From the NCBI GenBank assembly GCA_963745035.1, contig CAVUVW010000024.1, positions 8,450 through 72,449 of the forward strand: a DNA stretch of 64,000 nt, in the 5' to 3' direction. The position numbers and the translations under genes are program-made. The DNA is from an uncultured delta proteobacterium (GTDB taxonomy: Bacteria > Desulfobacterota > Binatia > UBA9968). The first letter of the stretch is position 1; the number at the start of each line of letters is the position of its first letter. The notes under the pieces are model-generated. The model ran no database searches. It saw nothing but the letters and a program-made list of their open reading frames with translations, and was not told the origin of the DNA. Below, one piece after another: positions 42,632 through 51,765 of this stretch.

Positions 42632-43714
42632 ATGATGAACTGGTTCAAAAGTTCAACCGTTCAAACGTTCAACGGATTGAGCGTGCTTCTTTTGTTCGTC
42701 GTTGAACTGTTGAACCCTTTGAACGTTGAACGGGCATTCGCGCAAGCGAACTTTTATCAAGGCAAGACCGTGCGCATCGTCGTCGGCAACTTGCCCGGCG
42801 ACACCCACGATCTTTTCGCCCGCGCTTACTCGCGCAGCATGGGCAAGCATATTCCCGGCAATCCGGCGATCCTGGTGCAGAACATGCCCGGCGCGGGCGG
42901 CATGATCGCCGCCAATCACGTCTACAACGTCGCCAAGCCCGACGGCCTGACTTTGGGTTCCCCTTCTCCGGCGCTTTACTATGCGCAGCTCGTCGGCAGC
43001 AAGGAAGCCAAATTCGATTGGACCAAGTTCAATTTTATCGGCGCGCCGGAGCGCAACGGCCATTTGTTGTTCATGCGCTCGGATTCCCCTTACAAGACCC
43101 TCGACGACATCCGCAATGCCAAAGAGGCGCCGCGCTGCAGCGCCACCGGCGTCGGCACCAGCGGCCACGACGTGCCCAAGCTGCTCGAAGAGATGGTCGG
43201 TTTGAAGTTCCGCCTGATCACCGGCTACCCCGGCGGCGCCGAGATGGATCTGGCAATCGAGCGCGGCGAGGCCATATGCCGCGCCATCACCATCGCGGCG
43301 TTTTTCGCGCGCGAGCCATTTATCACTTGGCACAAGAACGGCTTCGTCCGCATCATGCTGCAAACTTCGCGGCAGAGAAATCCCAGAATTCCGGATGTGC
43401 CGACGCTCTTCGAATTAATGGAGCAGTACAAGACACCCGAGATCAAGCGCCGCCAGATGCTTGTCTATCTGGGTGTCGGCGGCTTCGGTGCCTGGCCGAT
43501 CCTGGCGACTCCCGGCATCCCCGCGGATCGCGTAAAAATCCTGCGTGAAGCCTTCGCAAAAACGATGAAGGATCCTGACTTTCTCGGCGAAGCGAAAAAG
43601 AGCGGGTGGGAAATCCGACCCACCAGCGGCGAAGACCTCCAGGCCCTTGCTAAAGAAGTTATCGATCAACCGCCGGAAGTCGTCGAATGGCTAAAAAAAT
43701 TGTTGGGCAAATAG
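42632..43714 (+). CDS. tctC: TctC paralog 12 (intact; palindrome-encoded leader)
   Basis: MMNWFKSSTVQTFNGLSVLLLFVVELLNPLNVERAFA-QA..GNLPGDTHDLFAR. Confidence 0.92.
   Translation: MMNWFKSSTVQTFNGLSVLLLFVVELLNPLNVERAFAQANFYQGKTVRIVVGNLPGDTHDLFARAYSRSMGKHIPGNPAILVQNMPGAGGMIAANHVYNVAKPDGLTLGSPSPALYYAQLVGSKEAKFDWTKFNFIGAPERNGHLLFMRSDSPYKTLDDIRNAKEAPRCSATGVGTSGHDVPKLLEEMVGLKFRLITGYPGGAEMDLAIERGEAICRAITIAAFFAREPFITWHKNGFVRIMLQTSRQRNPRIPDVPTLFELMEQYKTPEIKRRQMLVYLGVGGFGAWPILATPGIPADRVKILREAFAKTMKDPDFLGEAKKSGWEIRPTSGEDLQALAKEVIDQPPEVVEWLKKLLGK
42643..42731. repeat. 89-bp palindrome in TctC12 leader
   Basis: GTTCAAAAGTTCAACCGTTCAAACGTTCAA-loop-TTGAACTGTTGAACCCTTTGAACGTTGAAC. Confidence 0.9.
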
Positions 43715-43734
43715 CTTTGAAGGTGAGGAGGAGC

Positions 43735-44823
43735 ATGATTTCAACGCATTGGTTCAAACGTTCAACCGTTCAAACGTTCAACGTTCTCGGACTGTTCATT
43801 TTCTCCGTCGTTGAACTATTGAACCCTTTGAACCTTGAACAGGCATTCGCGCAAGCGCCTTTTTACCAAGGCAAGACGATTCGCATCGTCGTCGGCTACC
43901 AGCCCGGCGACAGTCACGACTTATGGGCGCGAACCTATATCCGCTTTCTCGGCAAACATATTCCCGGCAATCCCGATTTCGTCGTGCAAAATATGCCCGG
44001 CGCCGGTTCGATGATCGCCGCTAACCACGTGTTCAACTTGACTAAGCCCGACGGGCTCACTCTCGGCTCCATCGGTGGAGCGCTCTTCATGGCGCAATTG
44101 ACGGGGCGCAAGGAAGTTCAATTCGACTGGCCGAAGTATTCCTGGATCATGACCCCTGACCGGGGCGGCCATCTTTTGTACATGCGCACGGACGCGCCGT
44201 ATAAGACTTTCGAAGATCTGCGCCAAACCAACGATCCGCCGAAATGCTCCGCCACTGGCGTCGGCAGCACCGGCTACGACTTGCCGAAACTGCTCGAGGA
44301 GGCGCTCGGCTTCAAGTTTCGCGTCATCAGCGGCTACCCCGGCGGCGCCGATCAAGATCTGGCTATGGAACGCGGCGAAGTTCACTGCCGCGCCTTTATC
44401 ATCGAATCTTTTTTTCAGCGCGAGCCGTTCCCGACCTGGATGAAGAAGAACTTTGTGCGCGTCTGGCTCCAGACCGAGCGCAAGCGCCATCCTAAGCTGC
44501 CCAACGTGCCGACGATCTTCGAGTTGATGGATCAATACAAAGTCTCCGATTCGAAGCGGCGCTTGGTTGAAACCTATCTCGGCATCTGGGGATTTGGCTC
44601 CCGGCCGATTGTCGCGACGCCCGGCGTGCCGGCAGACCGTCTGCAGATCCTGCGCGATGCCTTCAACAAAATGTTCAAAGATCCGGAATTTCAAGAAGAG
44701 CTGAGAAAACGCAATTGGGAGGTGGAGTTCGTCGCCGGCGAAGAACTTCAATCGCTCGCCAAAGATGTCGTCAATCAGCCGCCCGATGTAGCGGCCGGGC
44801 TGAAACGCGTTTTGAGCCAGTGA
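43735..44823 (+). CDS. tctC: TctC paralog 13 (intact; palindrome-encoded leader)
   Basis: GYQPGDSHDLWAR; GAGGAGGAG RBS. Confidence 0.92.
   Translation: MISTHWFKRSTVQTFNVLGLFIFSVVELLNPLNLEQAFAQAPFYQGKTIRIVVGYQPGDSHDLWARTYIRFLGKHIPGNPDFVVQNMPGAGSMIAANHVFNLTKPDGLTLGSIGGALFMAQLTGRKEVQFDWPKYSWIMTPDRGGHLLYMRTDAPYKTFEDLRQTNDPPKCSATGVGSTGYDLPKLLEEALGFKFRVISGYPGGADQDLAMERGEVHCRAFIIESFFQREPFPTWMKKNFVRVWLQTERKRHPKLPNVPTIFELMDQYKVSDSKRRLVETYLGIWGFGSRPIVATPGVPADRLQILRDAFNKMFKDPEFQEELRKRNWEVEFVAGEELQSLAKDVVNQPPDVAAGLKRVLSQ
43752..43840. repeat. 89-bp palindrome in TctC13 leader
   Basis: GTTCAAACGTTCAACCGTTCAAACGTTCAA-loop-TTGAACTATTGAACCCTTTGAACCTTGAAC. Confidence 0.9.
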
Positions 44824-44930
44824 CTGATTATTGCCTGCGTTCGGGGATTGCCACGTCTGTGTTGTGAGACACCGCAGCGGCAAGGAAGTCGACAGAGTGT
44901 CATGCGAGCGCCGGAAAGCGAGGTCCTTTT

Positions 44931-46037
44931 ATGATGTACCGCTCGGAAATACGGCGACTTCTTCTAGTCAAAAGATCCAAGGCTCAAGTGTTCAAGACCC
45001 TCTCTTTCGTCGCCCTTCTGACGTTTGAACTATTGAACCCCTTGAATCTTGAACAGGCGTCTGCACAGACGCCCTTCTATCAAGGCAAAACCATTCGCGT
45101 GATCGTCGGCTACCAGCCCGGCGACAACCACGATCAATGGGCGCGCACCTACGTGCGCTTCATGGGCAAGTATATTCCCGGCCATCCCGACTTCGTCGTT
45201 CAAAACATGCCGGGCGCCGGCTCCATGATCGCGGCCAATCACGTCTACAACATGACCAAGCCGGACGGGCTCACTCTGGGCTCCTTCGGCGGCGCGCTGA
45301 TCATGGCGCAATTGACCGGGCGCAAAGAAGTGCAATTCGATTGGCCGAAGTACTCATGGATCGGCACGCCGTATCGCGCCGGCCATCTGCTGTTCATGCG
45401 CAGCGATGCGCCCTACAAATCCATGGACCAACTGCGCCAGGCCAGCGATCCGCCGCGTTGTTCCGCGACCGGAGTGGGCAGTACCGGCTACGATATCCCG
45501 CGTCTCCTCGAAGATGCGTTGGGACTGAAATTCAAAGTGATCAGCGGCTATCCCGGCGGCGCCGATCAAGACCTCGCGATGGAACGGGGTGAGGTCCATT
45601 GCCGCGCGATTACCATCGACGGATTTTTGGGCCGCGAGCCTTTCATCACCTGGCTCAAAAAAGGATTCGTGCGCGTCTGGCTGCAAACCGAAAAACAGCG
45701 TAATCCAAAGATACCCGAGGTGCCGACGATTTTTGAATTGATGGATCAGTTCAAGATCCCGGATGCAAAGCGCCGACTGGTGAATACCTATTTGGGTTTG
45801 TGGGGCTTTGGCTCGATGCCGATCGTCGCCTCGCCGGGTACGCCGCCCGATCGAGTCAAAGTCTTGCGCGAAGCGTATGCGAAGATCTTCACCGATGCCG
45901 AGTTCATAGAAGAGACCACCAAAAAAAATTGGGAGCCGAGGCCGGTAAACGGTGAGGAGTTGGAAGGACTAGCCAAGGAAGTCGTCAACCAGCCGCCCGA
46001 AGTCAGCAGCGCACTGAAACGAATTTTGAGTCAGTAG
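44931..46037 (+). CDS. tctC: TctC paralog 14 (intact; degenerate palindrome leader)
   Basis: GYQPGDNHDQWAR; close paralog of copy 13. Confidence 0.92.
   Translation: MMYRSEIRRLLLVKRSKAQVFKTLSFVALLTFELLNPLNLEQASAQTPFYQGKTIRVIVGYQPGDNHDQWARTYVRFMGKYIPGHPDFVVQNMPGAGSMIAANHVYNMTKPDGLTLGSFGGALIMAQLTGRKEVQFDWPKYSWIGTPYRAGHLLFMRSDAPYKSMDQLRQASDPPRCSATGVGSTGYDIPRLLEDALGLKFKVISGYPGGADQDLAMERGEVHCRAITIDGFLGREPFITWLKKGFVRVWLQTEKQRNPKIPEVPTIFELMDQFKIPDAKRRLVNTYLGLWGFGSMPIVASPGTPPDRVKVLREAYAKIFTDAEFIEETTKKNWEPRPVNGEELEGLAKEVVNQPPEVSSALKRILSQ
44966..45054. repeat. 89-bp palindrome in TctC14 leader, left arm decayed
   Basis: AGTCAAAAGATCCAAGGCTCAAGTGTTCAA-loop-TTGAACTATTGAACCCCTTGAATCTTGAAC. Confidence 0.8.
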
Positions 46038-46209
46038 CCCGCGCGCTGAAAAAGATTCGGCTGCTCGCCTTGACCATCATAGAGCGCAGGAAGATTCGCG
46101 CAAGAAACAAGCCAAAAACTATCACATTTTTCGCAAAAATGAGAGTTGACCGTCACGCCAATATAAGATATTGAGCATGCTCCGATAATTGTGGGCGTAG
46201 GAGATCGTC

Positions 46210-47709
46210 ATGCTTGAGGCATTTATCTCGGGTTTTTGGCAAGTACTGGCATGGCCGGCTTTTGGCTACATGCTTCTCGGCATCGCCATTGGTTTTTGGG
46301 TTGGTCTTCTGCCCGGCATCGGCGGTTTGGCCACGTTGGCGCTGATGCTGCCGTTCTCTTACAACATCAAAGACCCGATATCGGCGTTCGCCTTTTTGCT
46401 CGGCATGCTTGCCGTAACCAGCACCACCGGCGATTTGAGTTCCATACTCTTCGGCATCCCCGGCGAGGGGTCCTCAGCCGCATTGATACTTGACGGCTAT
46501 CCCATGACGAAAAATGGCGAAGCCGGCCGCGCATTGGGCGCCGCGATCACGGCCTCCGTTGTAGGCGCAATCATCGGCGCTGTATCATTGGCTTTATCGA
46601 TACCGATTATGCGTCCGCTGGTACTCCTCTTCGGCTCGCCGGAGCTGTTTATCATAGCGATCATGGGCATCACGTTTATTGGCACCCTCGCCGGAGCGTC
46701 CCTGATCAAGGGTCTTCTGGCAGGCGGCCTCGGCTTGATGTTGGCGGCCATCGGCGTCGATCCTCAGACCGGGTCGCTCCGCTATACCTTCGGCTCGCTT
46801 TATCTGTGGGACCGTCTGGACCTTATTCCAGTCGTCGTCGGCCTATTCGCCATTCCCGAAATCGTTGACTTGTCGGTTCGCGGCACCAGCATCGCGGGCC
46901 ACAAGCCGGATAAATTAACCGGAGTGATGGAAGGAGTCAAAGACACCTTTCGCCATTTCTGGCTGGTCGTGCGCTGCAGCTTGATCGGCGTCTACTTCGG
47001 CGTGCTTCCGGTGTTGGGCGCCAACGTGGCGCAATGGATCTCCTACGCGCACGCGGTGCAAGGCTTGAAAGACAAGTCGCGCGCTGGAAAAGGCGCTATC
47101 GAGGGGCTGCTCGGCCCCGGCGCGGCCAACAATTCAACCCGCGGCGGCGATTTGATTCCAACCCTCGCCTTCGGTATTCCCGGCAGCGGCGCCATGGCAT
47201 TGCTGCTCGGCGCGATGTTGATCGTCGGCCTCAACCCCGGACCCGAAATGCTCAAGTCGCGGCTCGATGTAACGTTTTCCATGGTCTGGGTGTTGATCAT
47301 CGCCAATCTGATCGTTGCAGCGCTGTGCTTTTTGATTCTGAATCATCTTGCGGCATTGACGTTTATCCGCGGCACCTTACTGATTCCATTTTTGATGTTT
47401 CTGGTCTTCATCGGCTCGTTTACCGCCAACAACGATCTCAACGACATCATCAGCACGTTGATCTTCGGCTTTATCGGCTTTTGCATGGTCAAGTTCGGTT
47501 GGCCGCGCCCGCCCTTGATCCTCGGACTCACCCTCGGCAAGATCGCGGAAAATTACCTGTGGATCTCGACCGCCGCCTACGGCGCAAGATGGCTCACGTT
47601 TCCTACGGTGGTCGGTCTCATTGCGCTGACCATCTTTACGGTGGCCTACCCCACGATCAAAGAGCGCATGGGTCGAGCCAAATACGAGCGCCCGGAAGAC
47701 GCTGTCTAA
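46210..47709 (+). CDS. tctA: Tripartite tricarboxylate transporter permease TctA
   Basis: GLLPGIGG, SILFGIPG, DGYPMTKNGEAGRAL, ANNS, IPTLAFGIPGS, PPLILGLTLG. Confidence 0.95.
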   Translation: MLEAFISGFWQVLAWPAFGYMLLGIAIGFWVGLLPGIGGLATLALMLPFSYNIKDPISAFAFLLGMLAVTSTTGDLSSILFGIPGEGSSAALILDGYPMTKNGEAGRALGAAITASVVGAIIGAVSLALSIPIMRPLVLLFGSPELFIIAIMGITFIGTLAGASLIKGLLAGGLGLMLAAIGVDPQTGSLRYTFGSLYLWDRLDLIPVVVGLFAIPEIVDLSVRGTSIAGHKPDKLTGVMEGVKDTFRHFWLVVRCSLIGVYFGVLPVLGANVAQWISYAHAVQGLKDKSRAGKGAIEGLLGPGAANNSTRGGDLIPTLAFGIPGSGAMALLLGAMLIVGLNPGPEMLKSRLDVTFSMVWVLIIANLIVAALCFLILNHLAALTFIRGTLLIPFLMFLVFIGSFTANNDLNDIISTLIFGFIGFCMVKFGWPRPPLILGLTLGKIAENYLWISTAAYGARWLTFPTVVGLIALTIFTVAYPTIKERMGRAKYERPEDAV

Positions 47710-47861
47710 CGCGGCGGATGAATCCGCCGCGCAGTTTCTGGTTTCTAGTTTATCGTTCCTCGTTTTTCGTTTTTTCCGGAGAAGTCTGACGTTTCGGACT
47801 GCTCTATCATTTCGACTTCCCATCCCAAAACTCAGATACTAGAAACCCGAAACTAGAAACT
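47710..47861. repeat. GC hairpin plus inverted heptamer repeat (GTTTCTA/TAGAAAC); likely terminator region
   Basis: CGCGGCGGAT-GA-ATCCGCCGCG, then AGTTTCTGGTTTCTAGTT ... CTAGAAACCCGAAACTAGAAACT. Confidence 0.65.
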
Positions 47862-47940
47862 ACCCCGCCCCGTTGACAGCCTCACCGTTTCGGTGGGATA
47901 AGAATTTAAACTGACGACTCTGAGGAAGGAGATCCGGTTT

Positions 47941-49608
47941 ATGGCTCATGATGTAGTGATCAAGAACGGAACGGTGATCGACGGCACGGGCAGCCCGGGA
48001 TTTCAGGCTGACGTGGCGATCGACGGCGACAAGATTTCAGCGATCGGCAAGAGCGTGGGTTCGGGCAAAAAAGAAATCGACGCCAAGGGCAACGTCGTCG
48101 CGCCCGGTTTCATCGACTCCCATACCCACATGGACGCTTTCGTCGTGCAGTACCCCAACGGCAACCCGGTGGTGAACTACGGCGTGACGAGCATCGTCAT
48201 CGGCGATTGCGGCGCCTCCTGCGCGCCGGTGCCGCCCAAGCCCGAACCGCGCCAGGTGCTGGTGCAGTATCTGCGCCGCGTCCTCGACAAATACGTCGAC
48301 GACAAGGACTGGCGCTGGAACACCTTCGGCGAATATTTGAACTACCTCGAAGGCAAAGTCGCGATCAACGTGCTGCCGCTCATGCCGCACTCCCCCGTGC
48401 GCCTGACGGTCATGGGCGAAGCCGCCTACCAGCGCGCCGCCAATCCCGAAGAGCTGGACACGATGAAAAAAATGGTGCGCGAAGGCATGGAGCTCGGCGC
48501 CATCGGTTTTTCCACCAGCCCGCGCGGCGGCCCGGCGATTCACGCCGGCACGCCGAGCACGTTCGCCGAGCATGACGAAATCATCGAGCTCGCCAACGTC
48601 GCCGCCGAGTACGGCGGCTGTTTTCAGTTCAACGGCTTCCAGATGATTCTTCAGCCGGAATCCGGCGTCCCGGAGATGCTGACGAAAATCAAGACCTTGC
48701 AAATCGGCAACGAGTTTCGCGTGCGCCCCGGCGCGAAAGCGATGGGCATGCAGTCGATCAAGTACATGGAAGATGCGCAGAAGCGCGGCCAGGATTTGTA
48801 CGGCGTGGTCATCCCCTACCAGCATATTCGCCGCTTCAACCTGGACGATTGCTTCCTGTTCAACGGCCTGCCGACTTGGGAAGCGATCAAAAACTCCAGC
48901 GACCTCAAGAGCAAGCTCCAGGACAAAGACATTCGCCGAAAGATCGAGCAAGAGCGCATCGCCTGCGAAGGCAAGCTCGAATTTCCCGAATGGCACGGCT
49001 GGGATCGAGTCGTGTTCGAGCACCTGGAAAAACCCGAACTTAAAAAACTCGAGCTCAAGAACGTCGAAGAGATCTCCCGGCTCACGGAAAAAGCCCCGGT
49101 GGATGCCTTCTTCGACACTTGGCTGGAAGACAACCTAAACTCGTCGATCTGTTATCACGGCCTCGCCAACGCTCATCCCGAGTTGCTCGCCGAAATGATC
49201 AAATCCGACACCAGCTTGATCGGCACCGACGTGGGCGCGCACCTCGACCGCTTCTTCTGGCACGGCGCGCCGACCAGGGTGCTCGGCTACTGGAGACGCG
49301 AGAAGAATCTCTTCAGCCTCGAACAGGCGGTGCACAAAATCACCGGCTTCGCGGCCAAGAGACTGCGACTCAACCGCGGCGTGCTCGGCGAAGGCATGCC
49401 GGCCGACGTAACCGTGTTCGACGCCGACAAGATCGACGATCTGGTCAGCAAGAAGCTTCCCGATATGGTGGATGCCAACGAAGTGCGCCGCCATCCGCCC
49501 GGCATGAAAGCCGTGCTCGTGAACGGCGCCGCGGTCGTGGAAGACGGCCAATGCAACGATGTCTTCCCCGGCAAAGTCCGCCGCCAGCAGCTCTGCACGC
49601 CGCATTAA
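47941..49608 (+). CDS. N-acyl-D-amino-acid deacylase family amidohydrolase
   Basis: VIDGTG, PGFIDSHTHMD, GVTSIVIGDCG, GTDVGAH. Confidence 0.9.
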   Translation: MAHDVVIKNGTVIDGTGSPGFQADVAIDGDKISAIGKSVGSGKKEIDAKGNVVAPGFIDSHTHMDAFVVQYPNGNPVVNYGVTSIVIGDCGASCAPVPPKPEPRQVLVQYLRRVLDKYVDDKDWRWNTFGEYLNYLEGKVAINVLPLMPHSPVRLTVMGEAAYQRAANPEELDTMKKMVREGMELGAIGFSTSPRGGPAIHAGTPSTFAEHDEIIELANVAAEYGGCFQFNGFQMILQPESGVPEMLTKIKTLQIGNEFRVRPGAKAMGMQSIKYMEDAQKRGQDLYGVVIPYQHIRRFNLDDCFLFNGLPTWEAIKNSSDLKSKLQDKDIRRKIEQERIACEGKLEFPEWHGWDRVVFEHLEKPELKKLELKNVEEISRLTEKAPVDAFFDTWLEDNLNSSICYHGLANAHPELLAEMIKSDTSLIGTDVGAHLDRFFWHGAPTRVLGYWRREKNLFSLEQAVHKITGFAAKRLRLNRGVLGEGMPADVTVFDADKIDDLVSKKLPDMVDANEVRRHPPGMKAVLVNGAAVVEDGQCNDVFPGKVRRQQLCTPH

Positions 49609-49639
49609 GCTCGTTTCACGTTCTGTCTGTCCTCCTCCA

Positions 49640-49672
49640 CCCTCTCCCTCAGGGAGAGGGCTGGGGTGAGGG
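49640..49672. repeat. CCCTCTCCC..GGGAGAGGG palindromic repeat
   Basis: CCCTCTCCCTCAGGGAGAGGGCTGGGGTGAGGG. Confidence 0.65.
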
Positions 49673-49704
49673 CAAAAACATTCGCCAAGAAGGATTCCAT
49701 CGCC

Positions 49705-50703
49705 ATGAAAGTCTGCGCCATCGACGTTCATCATCACTACGTGCCGAATAGCTTGCTAGAGGAAGCCAAGAAAAACGGGAAACATTTAGGCGTCGAGCTG
49801 GTCGAAAAGGACGGCAACAAATCGCTCTCCTTCGCGGGGGGGCCGCCGTTCGTGCTCCATCCCGAGCTGCCGGCGATCGACGAACGACTCAAGATGATGG
49901 CCGACTCCGAGCTCGCCATGGCGGCGCTCGAAGCGCACACGGCAACCTTGGGCTACCGGCTCACCGGCGAGCAAGGCGAGAACTGGTGCAACGTCTACAA
50001 CGACGGCATCGCGGACTTGGTCAAACGTTATCCCGACCGCTTCGTCGGCATGGCGTCGGTGCCGCTGCAAGACCCCGCGCGCGCGGCGAGGGTGTTGGAG
50101 CGCGCCGTGCGTGATTTGAATTTCCGCGGCGGCTATATCGGCACCAATGTGAACGGCAACTACTACGGCAGCGAAGAATTCGATCCGTTTTGGGCCAAAG
50201 CGCAGGAGCTCGACGTCATGGTGGTCATGCATCCCGAAGACGTCGCCGGTGCCGACAAGATGAATCCGTACGGCTTGAAGCTCATCTGCGGCAATCCCGC
50301 AGACAGCGCGCTTTGCTTCGGCTTCATGACCTACAGCGGCGTGTTCGATCGCTTCCCCAATTTAAAACTCTGCATCCTCCACGGCGGCGGATTTTTTCCC
50401 TACCATCTCGGCCGCTTCGATCAGGGATGGGAAGTCCGCGCCGGCGCCCGCGCGGCCAAGGCGAAAAGCGCGCCCAGCTCGTACTTGAAAAACATCTACT
50501 ACGACAACATGATCTATCGCCTCGACACCCTCAAATACCTGATCGGTCTCGGCGGTATCGATCACATCATGGTCGGCACCGACTATCCCTACGATCTGGG
50601 CGACTGGGATTCGGCGAAGAAAGTCGACCAGCTCGACATTTCAGACAGTGACAAACTGTTGATGCTGGAAGGCAACGCGAAACGTTTACTGCGCATCAAG
50701 TAA
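49705..50703 (+). CDS. Amidohydrolase_2 family (ACMSD-like decarboxylase/hydratase)
   Basis: IDVHHHY, MHP, HGGGFFPY, GTDYPYD. Confidence 0.9.
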   Translation: MKVCAIDVHHHYVPNSLLEEAKKNGKHLGVELVEKDGNKSLSFAGGPPFVLHPELPAIDERLKMMADSELAMAALEAHTATLGYRLTGEQGENWCNVYNDGIADLVKRYPDRFVGMASVPLQDPARAARVLERAVRDLNFRGGYIGTNVNGNYYGSEEFDPFWAKAQELDVMVVMHPEDVAGADKMNPYGLKLICGNPADSALCFGFMTYSGVFDRFPNLKLCILHGGGFFPYHLGRFDQGWEVRAGARAAKAKSAPSSYLKNIYYDNMIYRLDTLKYLIGLGGIDHIMVGTDYPYDLGDWDSAKKVDQLDISDSDKLLMLEGNAKRLLRIK

Positions 50704-50748
50704 TTCATCAACCCGAAGCGCACTGAGCGGTCGACCGGCGCTTACCGA

Positions 50749-50849
50749 TCATTCCGGCGTAGAGCCTGCCCCGGACTCGATCCGGGGGCAGGAATCCAGA
50801 TGCTCTTCTTGTGCTTGAACCGTGGATGCCGGCCTCTGCCGGCATGACG
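50749..50849. repeat. CGTC-family REP pair with nested CCTGCCCCGG..GATCCGGGG insert
   Basis: TCATTCCGGCG[TAGAGCCTGCCCCGGACTCGATCCGGGG]GCAGGAATCCAG ... TGGATGCCGGCCTCTGCCGGCATGACG. Confidence 0.65.
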
Positions 50850-50937
50850 AAATGAGCTTTCGTGGCTAGAGTCAAAACCCTTTGCTTGTGGTCGTGGTCT
50901 GTTCAGTCGAATGAGCGTGCGCTTTAATCGAAGTCGT

Positions 50938-51765
50938 TCAATTGCGGCTGCGCGTGGCGCGAAACTTGGTGTCCTTCCCTGAAGTTCGGGCGAATCCGTC
51001 GATCGTATTTCCCGCAACTATGCCGGTGAACTGAGTGTCCGCCGAGCTAAAAATGATCTGATCGCCATGCAATTTGCCCGTTACGGGAGTGGTTCCGGCG
51101 GCAGATGCCAAAGTCCCCGAAACCGTTTGATAAACTTGCTCCAAGCGAAGATCGCCTTGGGGTAGCTTCCACGTTCCCGCCACCTTCGCCGGCACATACC
51201 ACAGCCGGGCCGTGCAGAACTGGCCGCAGTCCCCATCTATCATCAAAGTTTCATCCGCGGTCCAATCGCCGATGGCAAAAGTATTGGCCACGACCCGCGT
51301 GCCTGGCCTGAGATCGAGAAGCTTCGGTCTGAGTTTCAGATTCATCTCCGGCAAAAGAAAAAGGATCACCACTGTAGCGCGGGAAAAGTCGCTCGTGAAC
51401 AGATCGGCTTTTTCGAAGGTCGCTCGGCTGCCGACTCCTTCTTTGGCCGCGTGGCGCTTCGACAGCTCGACCAGATCGGGATTGTATTCGATGCCGTGGG
51501 CACGGGCGCCCCGCTTGGCCGCCGCAATGACGTTGCGACCATCGCCCGAGCCGAGATCGATCACGTAATCCTTGGATGTAATCCTCGCCACGTCGAGGAG
51601 CTTTTCCACCATCACCGTCGGATTCGGTACCCAAACGACATCTTTTCCCGCCTGTCCGACCTGCGGCACGTACTCGCCTTCGGCCGCCTGGGCCGATAAG
51701 GACGAAAGAAGCAGGAGCCATGACGAAAGCGCAATTAGCAATACTCGACGTGACAGTCTCCTCAC
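50938..51765 (-). CDS. Exported class I SAM methyltransferase, paralog 3
   Basis: Signal peptide; KDVVWVPNP, IDLGSGDGR, GIEYNP, LRPGTRVV. Confidence 0.88.
   Translation of the reverse strand: MRRLSRRVLLIALSSWLLLLSSLSAQAAEGEYVPQVGQAGKDVVWVPNPTVMVEKLLDVARITSKDYVIDLGSGDGRNVIAAAKRGARAHGIEYNPDLVELSKRHAAKEGVGSRATFEKADLFTSDFSRATVVILFLLPEMNLKLRPKLLDLRPGTRVVANTFAIGDWTADETLMIDGDCGQFCTARLWYVPAKVAGTWKLPQGDLRLEQVYQTVSGTLASAAGTTPVTGKLHGDQIIFSSADTQFTGIVAGNTIDGFARTSGKDTKFRATRSRN

Noticed and set aside
38209-45054. GTTCAA/TTGAAC repeats as a CRISPR array
   Set aside because: Units are 7-9 bp in inverted arms spaced by ~1.1-kb genes, with no 30-40 bp spacers and no cas genes.
38209-45054. Palindromes as integron attC sites
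   Set aside because: Polarity and consensus do not fit RYYYAAC...GTTRRRY, the elements lie inside coding leaders rather than after stops, and there is no IntI; kept only as an analogy.
30399-46037. Diversity-generating retroelement acting on tctC
   Set aside because: No reverse transcriptase in the window, and no template/variable repeat pair differing only at adenines was seen.
47873-47905. Sigma70 promoter with operator (TTGACA plus CACCGTTTCGGTG palindrome)
   Set aside because: The -35 box is perfect, but there is no convincing -10 at 16-18 bp spacing; not supportable from sequence alone.
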